A DNA stretch of 64,000 bases from Gemmatimonadota bacterium. GTDB taxonomy: Bacteria > Latescibacterota > UBA2968 > UBA8231. The DNA lies in NCBI GenBank assembly GCA_018672475.1, contig JABHFS010000001.1, forward strand, positions 24,156 through 88,155, in the 5' to 3' direction. Positions within the stretch are counted from its first letter, which is position 1; the number at the start of each line of letters is the position of its first letter. The notes beneath the pieces are model-generated. The model worked only from the letters and a program-made list of their open reading frames with translations. It was not told the origin of the DNA and did no database searches. The position numbers and the translations under genes were made by a program. This document shows, piece by piece, positions 1-11,513 of the stretch.

Positions 1-19
1 TGCGAGTGCAAAAAGGAGA

Positions 20-1204
20 ATGGCTTTGAGTGATTTTTATGAGAGGTCGACGATCGTGCACGAACATTTACGCGGCAAGATCGGTATAGTTAGCAAGATG
101 CGGATCGAGTCGCAGGATGACTTGTCCATCGCCTATACACCCGGGGTGGCTGGTCCCTGTCTGAAAATCGCGGAAAACGGTGCGCTGGCTCGCGAGTTGA
201 CCATTAAGCGCAATACGGTGGCGGTGGTCACGGATGGTTCGGCGGTATTGGGCTTGGGCAATATCGGCCCGCTGGCGGCGCTGCCGGTGATGGAGGGCAA
301 GGCCCTGTTGTTCAAGGAATTCGCCAATATTGATGCATGGCCGATTTGTCTGGATACGCAAAATGCCGATGAGATCATCGAGACCGTGCGGCGTATTGCG
401 CCGGGTTTCGGTGGGATTAATCTCGAAGATATTTCGGCGCCGCGTTGCTTTGAGGTAGAAAATAGCCTGCAGGATCTGGGGATTCCGGTCTTTCACGATG
501 ATCAACACGGTACGGCGATTGTACTCTTGGCGGGGTTGATTAACGCTTGCCGGGTGCTCGGTCGTGATTCGGCGAGATTGAAGGTGGTGATCAGCGGTGC
601 AGGTGCGGCGGGCACCGCCATCGCGAAACTATTGCGCGGCATTAATGTTACCGACGACGCTTGGGCACCGGTCGAGGATTTGGTTGTCTGCGACTCGCGT
701 GGAGCGATCCATGCCGGTCGCGAGGGGTTGTCGCCGGAAAAACAGGCCCTGCTCGATTATACCAATAGCCAAGGCCACACTGGCAGCGTGCACGAAGTTT
801 TAGAGGGGGCGGATGTTTTTATCGGCGTTAGCAAGGGCGGCTTGTTGGACGGCGATGATATCAAGCGCATGGCCAAAGACCCCATTATTCTGGCGATGGC
901 CAACCCCGAACCCGAAATTATGCCGGATGTGGCGCTGGCGGCCGGGGCGGCGATTGTCGGCACGGGGCGCAGCGACTTCCCGAACCAGGTCAACAATGTG
1001 CTGGCCTTCCCCGGGATCTTCCGTGGGGCCCTCGACGCCGGGGCCGTGGCGATCAATGGGGCGATGAAGATTGCAGCGGCGCATGCGCTAGCCGATGCAG
1101 TCGCTGAGCCGCTTGCCGAGCGCATCCTGCCGCAACCATTGGATCGTTCGGTCGCACCGCTGATCGCCGAGGCGGTGCGCCGGGCGGCGACTAAAAGTCC
1201 TTGA
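20..1204 (+). CDS. NAD(P)-dependent malic enzyme (short form, no PTA domain)
   Basis: Motifs AYTPGVA, VVTDGSAVLGLGNIG, PVMEGKA, INLEDI, FHDDQHGTA, GAGAAG, TGRSDFPNQVNN. Confidence 0.95.
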   Translation: MALSDFYERSTIVHEHLRGKIGIVSKMRIESQDDLSIAYTPGVAGPCLKIAENGALARELTIKRNTVAVVTDGSAVLGLGNIGPLAALPVMEGKALLFKEFANIDAWPICLDTQNADEIIETVRRIAPGFGGINLEDISAPRCFEVENSLQDLGIPVFHDDQHGTAIVLLAGLINACRVLGRDSARLKVVISGAGAAGTAIAKLLRGINVTDDAWAPVEDLVVCDSRGAIHAGREGLSPEKQALLDYTNSQGHTGSVHEVLEGADVFIGVSKGGLLDGDDIKRMAKDPIILAMANPEPEIMPDVALAAGAAIVGTGRSDFPNQVNNVLAFPGIFRGALDAGAVAINGAMKIAAAHALADAVAEPLAERILPQPLDRSVAPLIAEAVRRAATKSP

Positions 1205-1230
1205 CATAATTTGCGATCTGCCGATACTTT
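1201..1230 (+). promoter_or_regulatory. Putative sigma70 promoter of the thrS leader
   Basis: TTGACA at 1201-1206 (overlapping the malic enzyme stop) followed by GATACT/TACTTT 16-18 nt downstream. Confidence 0.55.
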
Positions 1231-1271
1231 GTACGGAACTTAACTGCACTAAATACGGAGGTTACCCCTAG

Positions 1272-1391
1272 ATGTCTGCTCTGTTTCCGGCCGCGCCGCT
1301 ATGGCGCCATGTGTTGTCACCGGCAGAGAAGATGTCTGCCCCATCCATCACTGGCTCGACTACTACCAAGGCGACTACGCGCGCCAAATAG
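1272..1391 (+). CDS. Thr-rich attenuator leader peptide (MSALFPAAPLWRHVLSPAEKMSAPSITGSTTTKATTRAK; alternative start 1332)
   Basis: GGAGGT SD at 1257-1262; six Thr codons in the last 13 sense codons; directly upstream of a terminator and thrS. Confidence 0.8.
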   Translation: MSALFPAAPLWRHVLSPAEKMSAPSITGSTTTKATTRAK

Positions 1392-1418
1392 TATCGACGG
1401 TCACTGGATATTTTCGAT

Positions 1419-1456
1419 CCTCCCCGCTGTCGACTTTTGACAGGGGGGCATTTTTA
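1419..1456 (+). terminator. Attenuator terminator upstream of thrS
   Basis: CCCC-G-CTGTCGA / TTGACAG-GGGG hairpin followed by ATTTTT; left arm can alternatively pair with 1394-1401. Confidence 0.75.
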
Positions 1457-1498
1457 ATGCCTGAAAATTAATAAGTCTACTTGTAATGGGAGTGAAAA

Positions 1499-3490
<1,992 letters not shown>

Positions 3491-3836
3491 AAAATAGCAA
3501 CGCCCTGGAACCATTGTTGGGACTCGACTTGCTGGAAAACGGCGATAGTGACGCGGCGTTCTGGTTTACCGAATTTGATTGCCAGGACGATTGGGTGATG
3601 GGGGGCGATCGCGCGGGGGACTCTCTGGGGGTATTCGATTTTTTCGCGAGTCCCAGTTCGACTTCAAGCTGCGGCAGGGGGACGAAGGTTTGTGAAAAAA
3701 TATCCACTAGGATGACGGCTCGATCGCCGGTGATTGCGGCGGGCCGGTGGCTAATGCCCATTGAAGGGGTTCGAAAATTGGGCTGAGCGATTTACCTTGA
3801 TAGCGAAGGTCCACCAAGGACGCTATTTTAGGGGTT

Positions 3837-4544
3837 ATGAGATTATTCAGCCGAACGCGCTATATCATCGGGGTTTTTTGGTACTTTCGTTATTATGTCC
3901 TGTGCACGGGGCTGGCAATGGCCTTTTGGGATACGGGACTGATCAAACCCTTCCGTTTTTTTGTCGTACTGGTGCACGAGGTCAATCACGCGGCGGCGGC
4001 TTTATTGACCGGTGGCGAGGTCGTCGAGATCCGCACGCATTGGAATGAGTCGGGCCACACCTTGGCGCGCGGCGGGATCTATCCGCTGATCAGCGCGGCG
4101 GGTTATGTGGGTTCGGCATTGATCGGTTCGTTATTGATTTACACCGGGCTTTACCCGCAGGCGCAGCGTTTTGTATTGTTGTGCATCGGTGCGGTCTGTA
4201 TGGGCATGACGATGGCGTATACCCCCTTGGGGGGTGTTGACTTTTTTCTCGGCATCGGCGGCGGTTTTGTGCTCTGCGCGATGGCGATAAAGTCACAGCG
4301 GATGGCCAGGGTCGGGTCGGTGTGGATGGGAGTGATGCTCTGTTTGTATAGTTTATTCGATTTCCGTACTGACCTTTGGTATCACGCGGAGCGGACCGAC
4401 GCGGGGCTTTTGTCGGCTTATTGGGGCCTCGATCCCCTGCAGGTGCCCTACCTGGCTTATTTGATCGCTCTGAGCTGGGTCTTGTTGTCGCTAGCGTGTA
4501 TGTATCGGGCGATGCGCGCATTGGTCTTAAAAAGAAAATCTTGA
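3837..4544 (+). CDS. M50B-family membrane metallopeptidase
   Basis: HEVNH zinc motif followed by AALLTGG, then SAAGY and a downstream TDA motif; several hydrophobic helices. Confidence 0.85.
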   Translation: MRLFSRTRYIIGVFWYFRYYVLCTGLAMAFWDTGLIKPFRFFVVLVHEVNHAAAALLTGGEVVEIRTHWNESGHTLARGGIYPLISAAGYVGSALIGSLLIYTGLYPQAQRFVLLCIGAVCMGMTMAYTPLGGVDFFLGIGGGFVLCAMAIKSQRMARVGSVWMGVMLCLYSLFDFRTDLWYHAERTDAGLLSAYWGLDPLQVPYLAYLIALSWVLLSLACMYRAMRALVLKRKS

Positions 4545-4581
4545 CCTTATGCGTCTATTGTTTCTACCTTCAGCAAAATTC

Positions 4582-4665
4582 ATGAAAAACAACACGCACC
4601 ATAGCTTCGTTCCGTCTTCCGTACGGGTATTCGCACTGGGCGATAGACGGGGGTGCGTCTCGTAA
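4582..4665 (+). CDS. Putative leader peptide (MKNNTHHSFVPSSVRVFALGDRRGCVS)
   Basis: 27-codon ORF between a TTGACC..TACCTT promoter-like site (4541-4570) and a terminator, overlapping alternative stems; no clear SD. Confidence 0.45.
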   Translation: MKNNTHHSFVPSSVRVFALGDRRGCVS

Positions 4666-4690
4666 ACTGACTGAGAAATTCATCCGCATC

Positions 4691-4720
4691 CGCCGTCGAT
4701 TTAATCGACGGCGTTTTTTT
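4691..4720 (+). terminator. Intrinsic terminator (possible attenuator)
   Basis: Perfect 10-bp stem CGCCGTCGAT/ATCGACGGCG plus T7. Confidence 0.85.
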
Positions 4721-4978
4721 ATGATTAAAAGAAAGTGAATGCCATGTTTGTGATGGAGTTTAAAAGAAGGGCTGAGATCAACTAATACTGGTCGTCGATA
4801 CAGTATGTTCGGTAGCGGTATGTGCAAAGTGGATGGCGTGGGTGAAACGGTAGACATCGATTTGCACCGGATTGAGGGGCGGTCGGTATTTCGGTTGAGT
4901 GGAGTGGTTTGATGGGCTAAGTTATCCAGATTACATAGAATTGCAAGATCTGGGTAATTTGACGCATTGAGACTGTGA

Positions 4979-6109
4979 ATGGATGATCGGGAGAAAAGTA
5001 AAGAAGAGCTCTCTTGGGAACTGACCGCGCTCAAGGTGCGGTTGGCAAAACTGGACTTTATAGAGGCTGAACGCGGTGCGGCTGAGGAAGAGTTACGTCG
5101 GAGCGAAGAGCGTTTTCGCATGGCGGTGGAGTGTTTGGATGAAGGCCTGTTGATCACCGACTTGGACGATGTGGTGCTCTATGTCAATTCACGTATCAGC
5201 GAAATGACCGGCTATGCCCAGGATGAGATGATCGGTCGACCGGCCTATGAGCTTATTCTGCCGTCGGATCAGTGGCCTGATCTCCGGCAACGCAACCAGC
5301 AGCGCAGTGAAGGGCGTTCCGATTGCTCTGAGATGCAGGTGGTGCGCAAGGACGGCAGCCGGTTTTGGATCGAGAGCAATGCGATGCCCTACCTCGATGG
5401 TGCTGGCGAGGTCATCGGCACGCTGGGGGCGATAACTGATATAACACAGCGCAAGGAGGTGGAGCGCCAACTGCAGCAATCGCTGGAGGACAAGGAGGTG
5501 TTGCTCAAGGAAATACACCATCGGGTGAAAAATAATCTCCAGGTTATCTCTAGCTTGCTAGACTTGCAGGCACAGCACTTTTCCGATGACCGGATCCGCG
5601 CCGCTTTCACCGATAGCCAAAATCGGATTCGATCGATGGCGCTGATCCACGAACTGCTCTATCGCTCGACCGATCTGGCGCAGATCGATATGGGCGAATA
5701 CATTCAGGATCTGGCGATGAGCCTGTTTAGCTCCTATGGCGACGAGATCAGCGATGTCGCGCTGCAAACGGACATAACCTCCGTAGTGCTTGATGTAGAC
5801 CAGGCGATGCCCTGCGGTTTTATTGTCAACGAGTTGGTTTCCAATGCGCTGAAATATGCCTTCGCAGATGGGCGCAAGGGTGTGTTGTTTATCGGACTCA
5901 GTGGCGGATCTGGCGATAGCGTAGAGATGGTAGTGCGCGATAATGGTGTGGGCTTGCCGCCCGGCTTCGATTGTCAGCAGTCTACTTCATTGGGGTTGCG
6001 TCTGGTGCATACTTTGGTGGAGCAATTGCGCGGGAAATTACAGGTGGTGGGCGATGGTGGTGCGGAGTTTAAGGTGTGTTTTGCTATAACAAAAAATGAA
6101 TCAAAATAG
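4979..6109 (+). CDS. PAS/PAC sensor histidine kinase (HisKA_2 type)
   Basis: PAS-PAC domain ending DITQRK; H-box EIHHRVKNNLQ; NELVSNALKYAF; DNGVG; SLGL. Confidence 0.93.
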   Translation: MDDREKSKEELSWELTALKVRLAKLDFIEAERGAAEEELRRSEERFRMAVECLDEGLLITDLDDVVLYVNSRISEMTGYAQDEMIGRPAYELILPSDQWPDLRQRNQQRSEGRSDCSEMQVVRKDGSRFWIESNAMPYLDGAGEVIGTLGAITDITQRKEVERQLQQSLEDKEVLLKEIHHRVKNNLQVISSLLDLQAQHFSDDRIRAAFTDSQNRIRSMALIHELLYRSTDLAQIDMGEYIQDLAMSLFSSYGDEISDVALQTDITSVVLDVDQAMPCGFIVNELVSNALKYAFADGRKGVLFIGLSGGSGDSVEMVVRDNGVGLPPGFDCQQSTSLGLRLVHTLVEQLRGKLQVVGDGGAEFKVCFAITKNESK

Positions 6110-6125
6110 AGGAGAGGGTAGATCC

Positions 6126-7895
6126 ATGAGAATGAGCCGGCTTTTTAGCCAGACCTTGCGCGATATAACCGCCGACGCCGAAGTGGCGAGCCACCAGCTA
6201 TTGTTGAGGGCGGGTTTTATCCGTCAATTGGCCAGCGGGATCTTTAGCTATTTACCGCTAGGGCATAAAGCCCTACGCAAGGTAGAGGAGATTATCCGCC
6301 GGGAGATGGACGCGATCGGGGGGCAGGAGATCACGATGCCCGTGGTACACCCGGCCGAAATTTGGCAACAGACCGGTCGCTGGTACGAGGTCGGCTCGGA
6401 GATGAGTCGTTTTAAGGATAAGAACGACCGCGATATGGTCCTGGCGATGACGCATGAGGAAGTCGTCGCCGACCTAGTCAGCCGCGAGATTCATTCCTAC
6501 AAGCAATTGCCCCAGTTGGTTTATCAGATCCAGACGAAATGGCGCGATGATCCTCGGCCCCGTTCCGGCCTTATCCGGGTCCGCGAGTTCACGATGAAGG
6601 ACTCCTATAGCCTCGACGCTGATTGGGAAGGCTTAGACAAGCAGTACCGGGTCCACTATCAGAGCTATTTCAATATTTTCAACCGCTGTGGCCTCGATGT
6701 GATCGCGGTCAGTTCCGATACCGGGATGATGGGCGGCGAGATGGCGCACGAGTATATGTATTTGACGCCGATCGGCGAAGATACTTTGCTGCTATGTGAT
6801 GGCTGCGGTTATGCCGCAAATCGCCAGATTGCGACCTTCGCCAAAAAAGCTAATCCGAAAGAAGAGCCCGCTGTACAGGAGAAGATCGCCACGCCGGGTA
6901 CGGCGACCATCGATGATTTGGCCAGGTTGCTCGACATGCCCGCCAGTAAGACTGCCAAGGCGGTGTTTATGATGGCGACCGTCGGCAAGGGCGAGGAGAA
7001 GGAAGACAAGTTTATCCTAGCCGTTGTGCGCGGTGATATGGAGGTCAACGAGACCAAATTGGCCAATGCCGTTGGTGCGTTAGAGATGTGGCCGGCGAAT
7101 GAGGCGGAGATTCGCGCGGTTGGCTCGGAGCCGGGGTATGGTTCGCCGATCGGGGTCAAGGGGGCGCTGATTATCGTCGATGACGCGGTGGCCTCAGCGA
7201 CTAATTTGGTCGCCGGTGCCAATGAGCCGGGTTTTCACGTCAAAAATGTGAATTGTGGCCGGGATTACGAGGCCGAGCAAATCGTCGATATCGCCTCGGC
7301 ACGCGAGGGGGACGGTTGCCCGCGCTGCGAGGCAGCGCTAAGGGCGGTACGCGGAGTTGAGACGGGCAATATCTTCCAGCTCGGCACCAAGTTTACCGAG
7401 GCGCTGGGTGGGAATTTTCTCGACGCCAATGGCAAGGCGCAGTCGGTAGTGATGGGTTCGTACGGGATCGGCGTCGGGCGGATGTTGGCCTGTATCGCTG
7501 AGGAATACAACGACGACAACGGGCTGGTCTGGCCGATTACGGTCGCACCCTTCCAGGTGCATATCGTATTATTGGCCAAGGGCGAAGGCGAGGCGCAGGA
7601 CGTGGCGGAAAAACTCTATGGTGAATTGACAGGGCGCGGGCTCGATGTGCTCCTGGACGATCGCAAAGATAACCCGGGCGTCAAATTCAAGGACGCCGAT
7701 CTTATCGGCATACCGGTGCGGGTGACGGTCGGCGACCGCGGTTTGAAAAACGGGATCGTCGAGTTCAAGTTGCGCCGGGAAGAGCAGCGGCTGGAGATAC
7801 CGGTCGAAGATGCGTTTGAGCACGTCGTCGCGGCGGTCGAAGGTTTGTATAATGAGCTGGAAGAGCGGGTCGTCGAAGTCGAATACGAAAAATAA
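6126..7895 (+). CDS. proS: Proline--tRNA ligase (with editing insertion)
   Basis: MRMSRLF start after AGGAGAGG SD; SHQLLLRAG, RPRSGLIRVREFTMKDSYS, GSYGIGVGR, DADLIGIP. Confidence 0.97.
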   Translation: MRMSRLFSQTLRDITADAEVASHQLLLRAGFIRQLASGIFSYLPLGHKALRKVEEIIRREMDAIGGQEITMPVVHPAEIWQQTGRWYEVGSEMSRFKDKNDRDMVLAMTHEEVVADLVSREIHSYKQLPQLVYQIQTKWRDDPRPRSGLIRVREFTMKDSYSLDADWEGLDKQYRVHYQSYFNIFNRCGLDVIAVSSDTGMMGGEMAHEYMYLTPIGEDTLLLCDGCGYAANRQIATFAKKANPKEEPAVQEKIATPGTATIDDLARLLDMPASKTAKAVFMMATVGKGEEKEDKFILAVVRGDMEVNETKLANAVGALEMWPANEAEIRAVGSEPGYGSPIGVKGALIIVDDAVASATNLVAGANEPGFHVKNVNCGRDYEAEQIVDIASAREGDGCPRCEAALRAVRGVETGNIFQLGTKFTEALGGNFLDANGKAQSVVMGSYGIGVGRMLACIAEEYNDDNGLVWPITVAPFQVHIVLLAKGEGEAQDVAEKLYGELTGRGLDVLLDDRKDNPGVKFKDADLIGIPVRVTVGDRGLKNGIVEFKLRREEQRLEIPVEDAFEHVVAAVEGLYNELEERVVEVEYEK

Positions 7896-7908
7896 GCGGG
7901 GTTGGCCG

Positions 7909-9255
7909 ATGGAAACGATACAATCGCTATTTGTCGAAGGGTATGCGGACCAAGTCAGCTACAAAGCAGGGGATACCGCGCGCTTTCACGTTTCGACCAG
8001 CGCAGAATCGTATGCGTTGGAGATTGCGCGTATCGGTGCCGAACGCGAGGTCGTCTGGCAACAAGACGGATTGTCGGCGGCGGTGTACTCGGTGCCCGAA
8101 GACGCCTCTTCGCACGGTTGCAATTGGCCGGTTTCTTGTGAGTTGGCAATACCTGCCGACTGGCAGAGCGGCTATTACGAACTCGTGTTCCGCGCCGAGG
8201 ACCGAGGTGGTAAGTTTACCCAGCGCGGTCGCCGCACGGTCGAAAGCCAGGGCCTTTTTATCGTACGGCCGTCGGGGTCGATCAATAAAAAGATTCTTCT
8301 GCAATTGGCCACCAACACTTACGCCGCCTATAACAACTGGGGTGGATATGGCCTCTATGGTTATCACGGTCGCGGCGGTTTGCAGGGGCATCGCGTCTCT
8401 TTCGATCGGCCGATGGAAGGGTTATTTGATCGCTGGGAACGCGATTTCGTCGCTTGGGTCGAAGCGGCGGGTTATGCCATAGACTACTGTGCCAATTCCG
8501 ATCTCGAATTTTATCCTGAGCTATTGGACAATTATAGTTTAGTGCTGAGTGTTGGGCACGATGAGTATTGGTCGGGGCCGATGCGCGATTCTCTCGAAGC
8601 CCGTATCGCCGGTGGGGGGAATGCCGCTTTTTTTAGCGGCAATTCCGTCTGCTGGCAGGTCCGTAGCGAGGAGGCGGGGCGGGCGCTTACTTGCTGGAAG
8701 CAGCTCTTCAATATGGACCCAGCGTACGCGGCAGGTGATTATGCGAATCTGTCTACCTTGTGGAGTCACCATTTGCTCGACCGGCCCGAAAACCAATTGA
8801 CCGGTGTTGGTTTTCTCTATGGGGGCTATCATTTGAGCCACGGGCAATATATGGATGGCTCAGGCGCTTTTGAGGTGCATAGACCTGAGCATTGGGTTTT
8901 TGCAGGTACGGGTTTAAAACAGGGCGAGGAATTTGGCGGGGAGCATACGGTTGTCGGTTATGAGTGCGACGGCTGTGAGTTTACGATGGAAGGCGGGTTG
9001 CCGGTGCCAGTAGGTAGTCATGGGACGCCGAAGGATTTCACTATTCTGTCAACGGGATCGGCGCGCTGGCACCCCGATGACAGCGTATGGTATGAGCGCT
9101 GGGAGAACGGCCGGGAAGGCGCGGCGGTGATGGGGGTTTATACAAGAGGCGGCACGGTGTTCACGGCGGGGACGACGGATTGGCCGCACGGGCTTAAAGG
9201 CGACGAGCAGGTCGTGCGCATCACGCGGAACGTGCTGGACCGTTTGGGGCAGTAG
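7909..9255 (+). CDS. N,N-dimethylformamidase beta-subunit-like protein
   Basis: TYAAYNNWGG, VSFDRP, SVGHDEYWS, FFSGN, VGYECD, GGTVFTAGTTDW. Confidence 0.8.
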   Translation: METIQSLFVEGYADQVSYKAGDTARFHVSTSAESYALEIARIGAEREVVWQQDGLSAAVYSVPEDASSHGCNWPVSCELAIPADWQSGYYELVFRAEDRGGKFTQRGRRTVESQGLFIVRPSGSINKKILLQLATNTYAAYNNWGGYGLYGYHGRGGLQGHRVSFDRPMEGLFDRWERDFVAWVEAAGYAIDYCANSDLEFYPELLDNYSLVLSVGHDEYWSGPMRDSLEARIAGGGNAAFFSGNSVCWQVRSEEAGRALTCWKQLFNMDPAYAAGDYANLSTLWSHHLLDRPENQLTGVGFLYGGYHLSHGQYMDGSGAFEVHRPEHWVFAGTGLKQGEEFGGEHTVVGYECDGCEFTMEGGLPVPVGSHGTPKDFTILSTGSARWHPDDSVWYERWENGREGAAVMGVYTRGGTVFTAGTTDWPHGLKGDEQVVRITRNVLDRLGQ

Positions 9256-9352
9256 AATGGATCTTCCCTATAGTATTGGGCTTTGCCCGGAGTGATTGAA
9301 CCGAAGCCAGGCTGCTGCCATATTTAATTCATGATATGATCGGCCATGTAGT

Positions 9353-10051
9353 TTACTTATCCCAATCCTCCTCTGGCACCTGCGCGTAATCGTGCGGCTC
9401 GTAGCCGATCACTCTTTTCCCATGTTCCATATCGTAGAGCGGCCAGTTGCTACCCGAGACCCCGAAGACGGTTTCGAATTTGACGCCTGGGTGGGTCAGC
9501 GCCTGCTCGAAGACGCGCACGCAATCGCCGTGGCTCAAATGGTGCGGGTGCTCGGGCTGGTCGCGTTCGAGGCTGAAGTTGCCGATGCGCACGCAGACGA
9601 ATTCCATATCGTGCTGGTGGGCGAAGGAATGCGCCAGGGCTTCGGCGAAGACCTTGCTGACGGTGTAGATGCCCACTGGTGTCGTCGTCATATCGATCGT
9701 GCGGGTCTGTCTGCGTGGGTAGAGCCCCAATACCCCGGCTCGGCTGGCGTAGGCGATGCGCTTGACTCCATTCTGGCGGGCGGCTTCGAAGACATTGTAG
9801 GTGCCGATGAAATTACTCTGCAGCATCGGCTGCCATTCGTTACCGCCGGGCAGGCCGCCGATATGGGCTATGGCGTCGATGTTGCGGGTGGCTTCGAGCA
9901 GGGTGTCGAAGTCGTCGAGGTCGGAGACGAAGGTGTCGTCGAGGTCGGGCATTTCCGCGCGGTCGTGGCCGCGGACTTGGTGACGGGCTTTGAGGCCTTG
10001 GGCAACGGTGGTGCCTACGCGGCCGGCGGCGCCGGTGACGAGTATGCGCAT
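9353..10051 (-). CDS. NAD-dependent epimerase/dehydratase (uronate dehydrogenase-like SDR)
   Basis: TGAAGRVG, YTVSK (YxxxK), VRIG, LSHGDC. Confidence 0.88.
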   Translation of the reverse strand: MRILVTGAAGRVGTTVAQGLKARHQVRGHDRAEMPDLDDTFVSDLDDFDTLLEATRNIDAIAHIGGLPGGNEWQPMLQSNFIGTYNVFEAARQNGVKRIAYASRAGVLGLYPRRQTRTIDMTTTPVGIYTVSKVFAEALAHSFAHQHDMEFVCVRIGNFSLERDQPEHPHHLSHGDCVRVFEQALTHPGVKFETVFGVSGSNWPLYDMEHGKRVIGYEPHDYAQVPEEDWDK

Positions 10052-10316
10052 GGGATCGATCCTTCCAGTATGGGTGTTGTATGGCGTCCTAGTATTATTC
10101 CCTAAAATAGGTGCAGGTGGTCTGGTCGCGGGCAGCGTTTTTGGGGGTTTTCAGGCTCCTGGCCCCTTCGCCCCTCGGGCGCTTTCGCGACCACTCCCCC
10201 CGGCCCTTTCCCCCAACGACCTCCCCGAAAAAAACCTGCGTCACACCTTGCGACCGGACCTCGGAAAATCGAGCGTTTTCTGTGGGGTCCCTTGGTGCAA
10301 TGATTGCGGCAGTCGT

Positions 10317-11501
10317 TCAAGAGCGGTGCAGGGTAAATAGCGGGGCCTCTGGTGGGCAGCCGAAGCGAAAGGGCAACCAGTGGCCTACGCCGGCGGTGGT
10401 ATAGAGCTGCGTCTGCTCTTTGGCGTAATGGCCCCAAATATAGCGTTCTGGGAAGAATGGCTCGAGGGCGCTGCGGCCGGCTATACCGCATTGAAAGCCG
10501 TGCGTATGTCCGGCGAGGATCAGGTCGACGCCGCCGAGGGGTACGGCGTAGTCTAGGGCTTGCGAGCGGTGGCTCATTAATAAGGTGAAGGCATCGCTGG
10601 TCGAATCGCCGACGGCTTTTTCTACTGAGTTTTGCAGGTGCTGGTAGGATTCTTCACTGCGCAAAATACGCGGGTCGTCGACTCCACCCAAAAAGAGCGT
10701 CGCTTCGCCGACGGGTATCGATAATCCCTCGTCGACTAAGAGGGGGATTGTCGTCTTGTCGAAATGGCCGCGGATACGGCCGATGCCGCGGATATACTCG
10801 TGATTGCCCAGACTGGCGTAGACTCCGAGCGGGGCCGGGGCGCTTTCGAGCAGGCGCAGGGCGGCGAGATAATCCGGTTTGTGATCGCAGATATCGCCGG
10901 TGACCAGGATTAGGTCAGGGGCGAGGGCGCCGGCGCGTTCGAGCAGTTTTTCGAGATCCGACAATTGGATATAGGGGCCGATATGCATATCGCTGATTTG
11001 TAGGATTTTCAGTCCTTCGAGATCGGCGGGCAGATGCGGATAATTGAGTGGGATGACCGGTATGCGGGTTTGCGCGCCTGAGGCGTAGATGCCGTGGCCG
11101 ACGCCGGCGACCCCGAGGGCGGGCACGACGGCTAAACTGCGGCGTAGGAAGTGGCGTCGCTCAAGTGAGGTCGGTGCTTCTTGGGGGCCAGGCCGTAGGC
11201 GGTCGTAGAGTTTGCTGCCCAGTACGGTCGGCGTAATCAGCAGCAGGGCGATCAGAAAAGACCCCTGTATAAGGAAAAGTACGGCGAATAGGCCCCAACC
11301 GATCGACAGCAGCCAAGTTAGCTCATAGGGGCGGCTCAAAAGCCAGAGGCTGCTGCCGACTAGGCCCAGGGAAAATTGTCCGTAGAGCAGGCGGCGCAAC
11401 CAGACCTTGTGCCACCAATGCCCGTGTAGGTTGGCGACAAGGGTCAAGGTTATGAAGTAGAGCACGCAGTAGAGCGTGGTTACATAGAGGGCGTAGCGCA
11501 T
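10317..11501 (-). CDS. Membrane-anchored calcineurin-like metallophosphoesterase (YkuE-like)
   Basis: N-terminal TM helices; SDMH, TGD, GNHE, SH, GHTHG. Confidence 0.92.
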   Translation of the reverse strand: MRYALYVTTLYCVLYFITLTLVANLHGHWWHKVWLRRLLYGQFSLGLVGSSLWLLSRPYELTWLLSIGWGLFAVLFLIQGSFLIALLLITPTVLGSKLYDRLRPGPQEAPTSLERRHFLRRSLAVVPALGVAGVGHGIYASGAQTRIPVIPLNYPHLPADLEGLKILQISDMHIGPYIQLSDLEKLLERAGALAPDLILVTGDICDHKPDYLAALRLLESAPAPLGVYASLGNHEYIRGIGRIRGHFDKTTIPLLVDEGLSIPVGEATLFLGGVDDPRILRSEESYQHLQNSVEKAVGDSTSDAFTLLMSHRSQALDYAVPLGGVDLILAGHTHGFQCGIAGRSALEPFFPERYIWGHYAKEQTQLYTTAGVGHWLPFRFGCPPEAPLFTLHRS

Positions 11502-11513
11502 TATTACTCGTTG

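Noticed and set aside
1205-1498. T-box riboswitch upstream of thrS
   Set aside because: No T-box consensus (GGTGGNACCGCG) or specifier stem was found; a Thr-codon leader peptide explains the region better
3514-3786. 90-aa ORF and short inverted repeats after thrS
   Set aside because: No recognisable motif or SD; the stems are short (7-9 bp) and plausible by chance at this GC content
9392-10105. 237-aa plus-strand ORF
   Set aside because: Antisense shadow of the SDR gene, typical of GC-rich codon bias
10106-10316. C-rich stretch loosely similar to 48594-48700
   Set aside because: Similarity is limited to short words (CGCCCCTC, ACCACTCC), too weak to call a repeat family by eye
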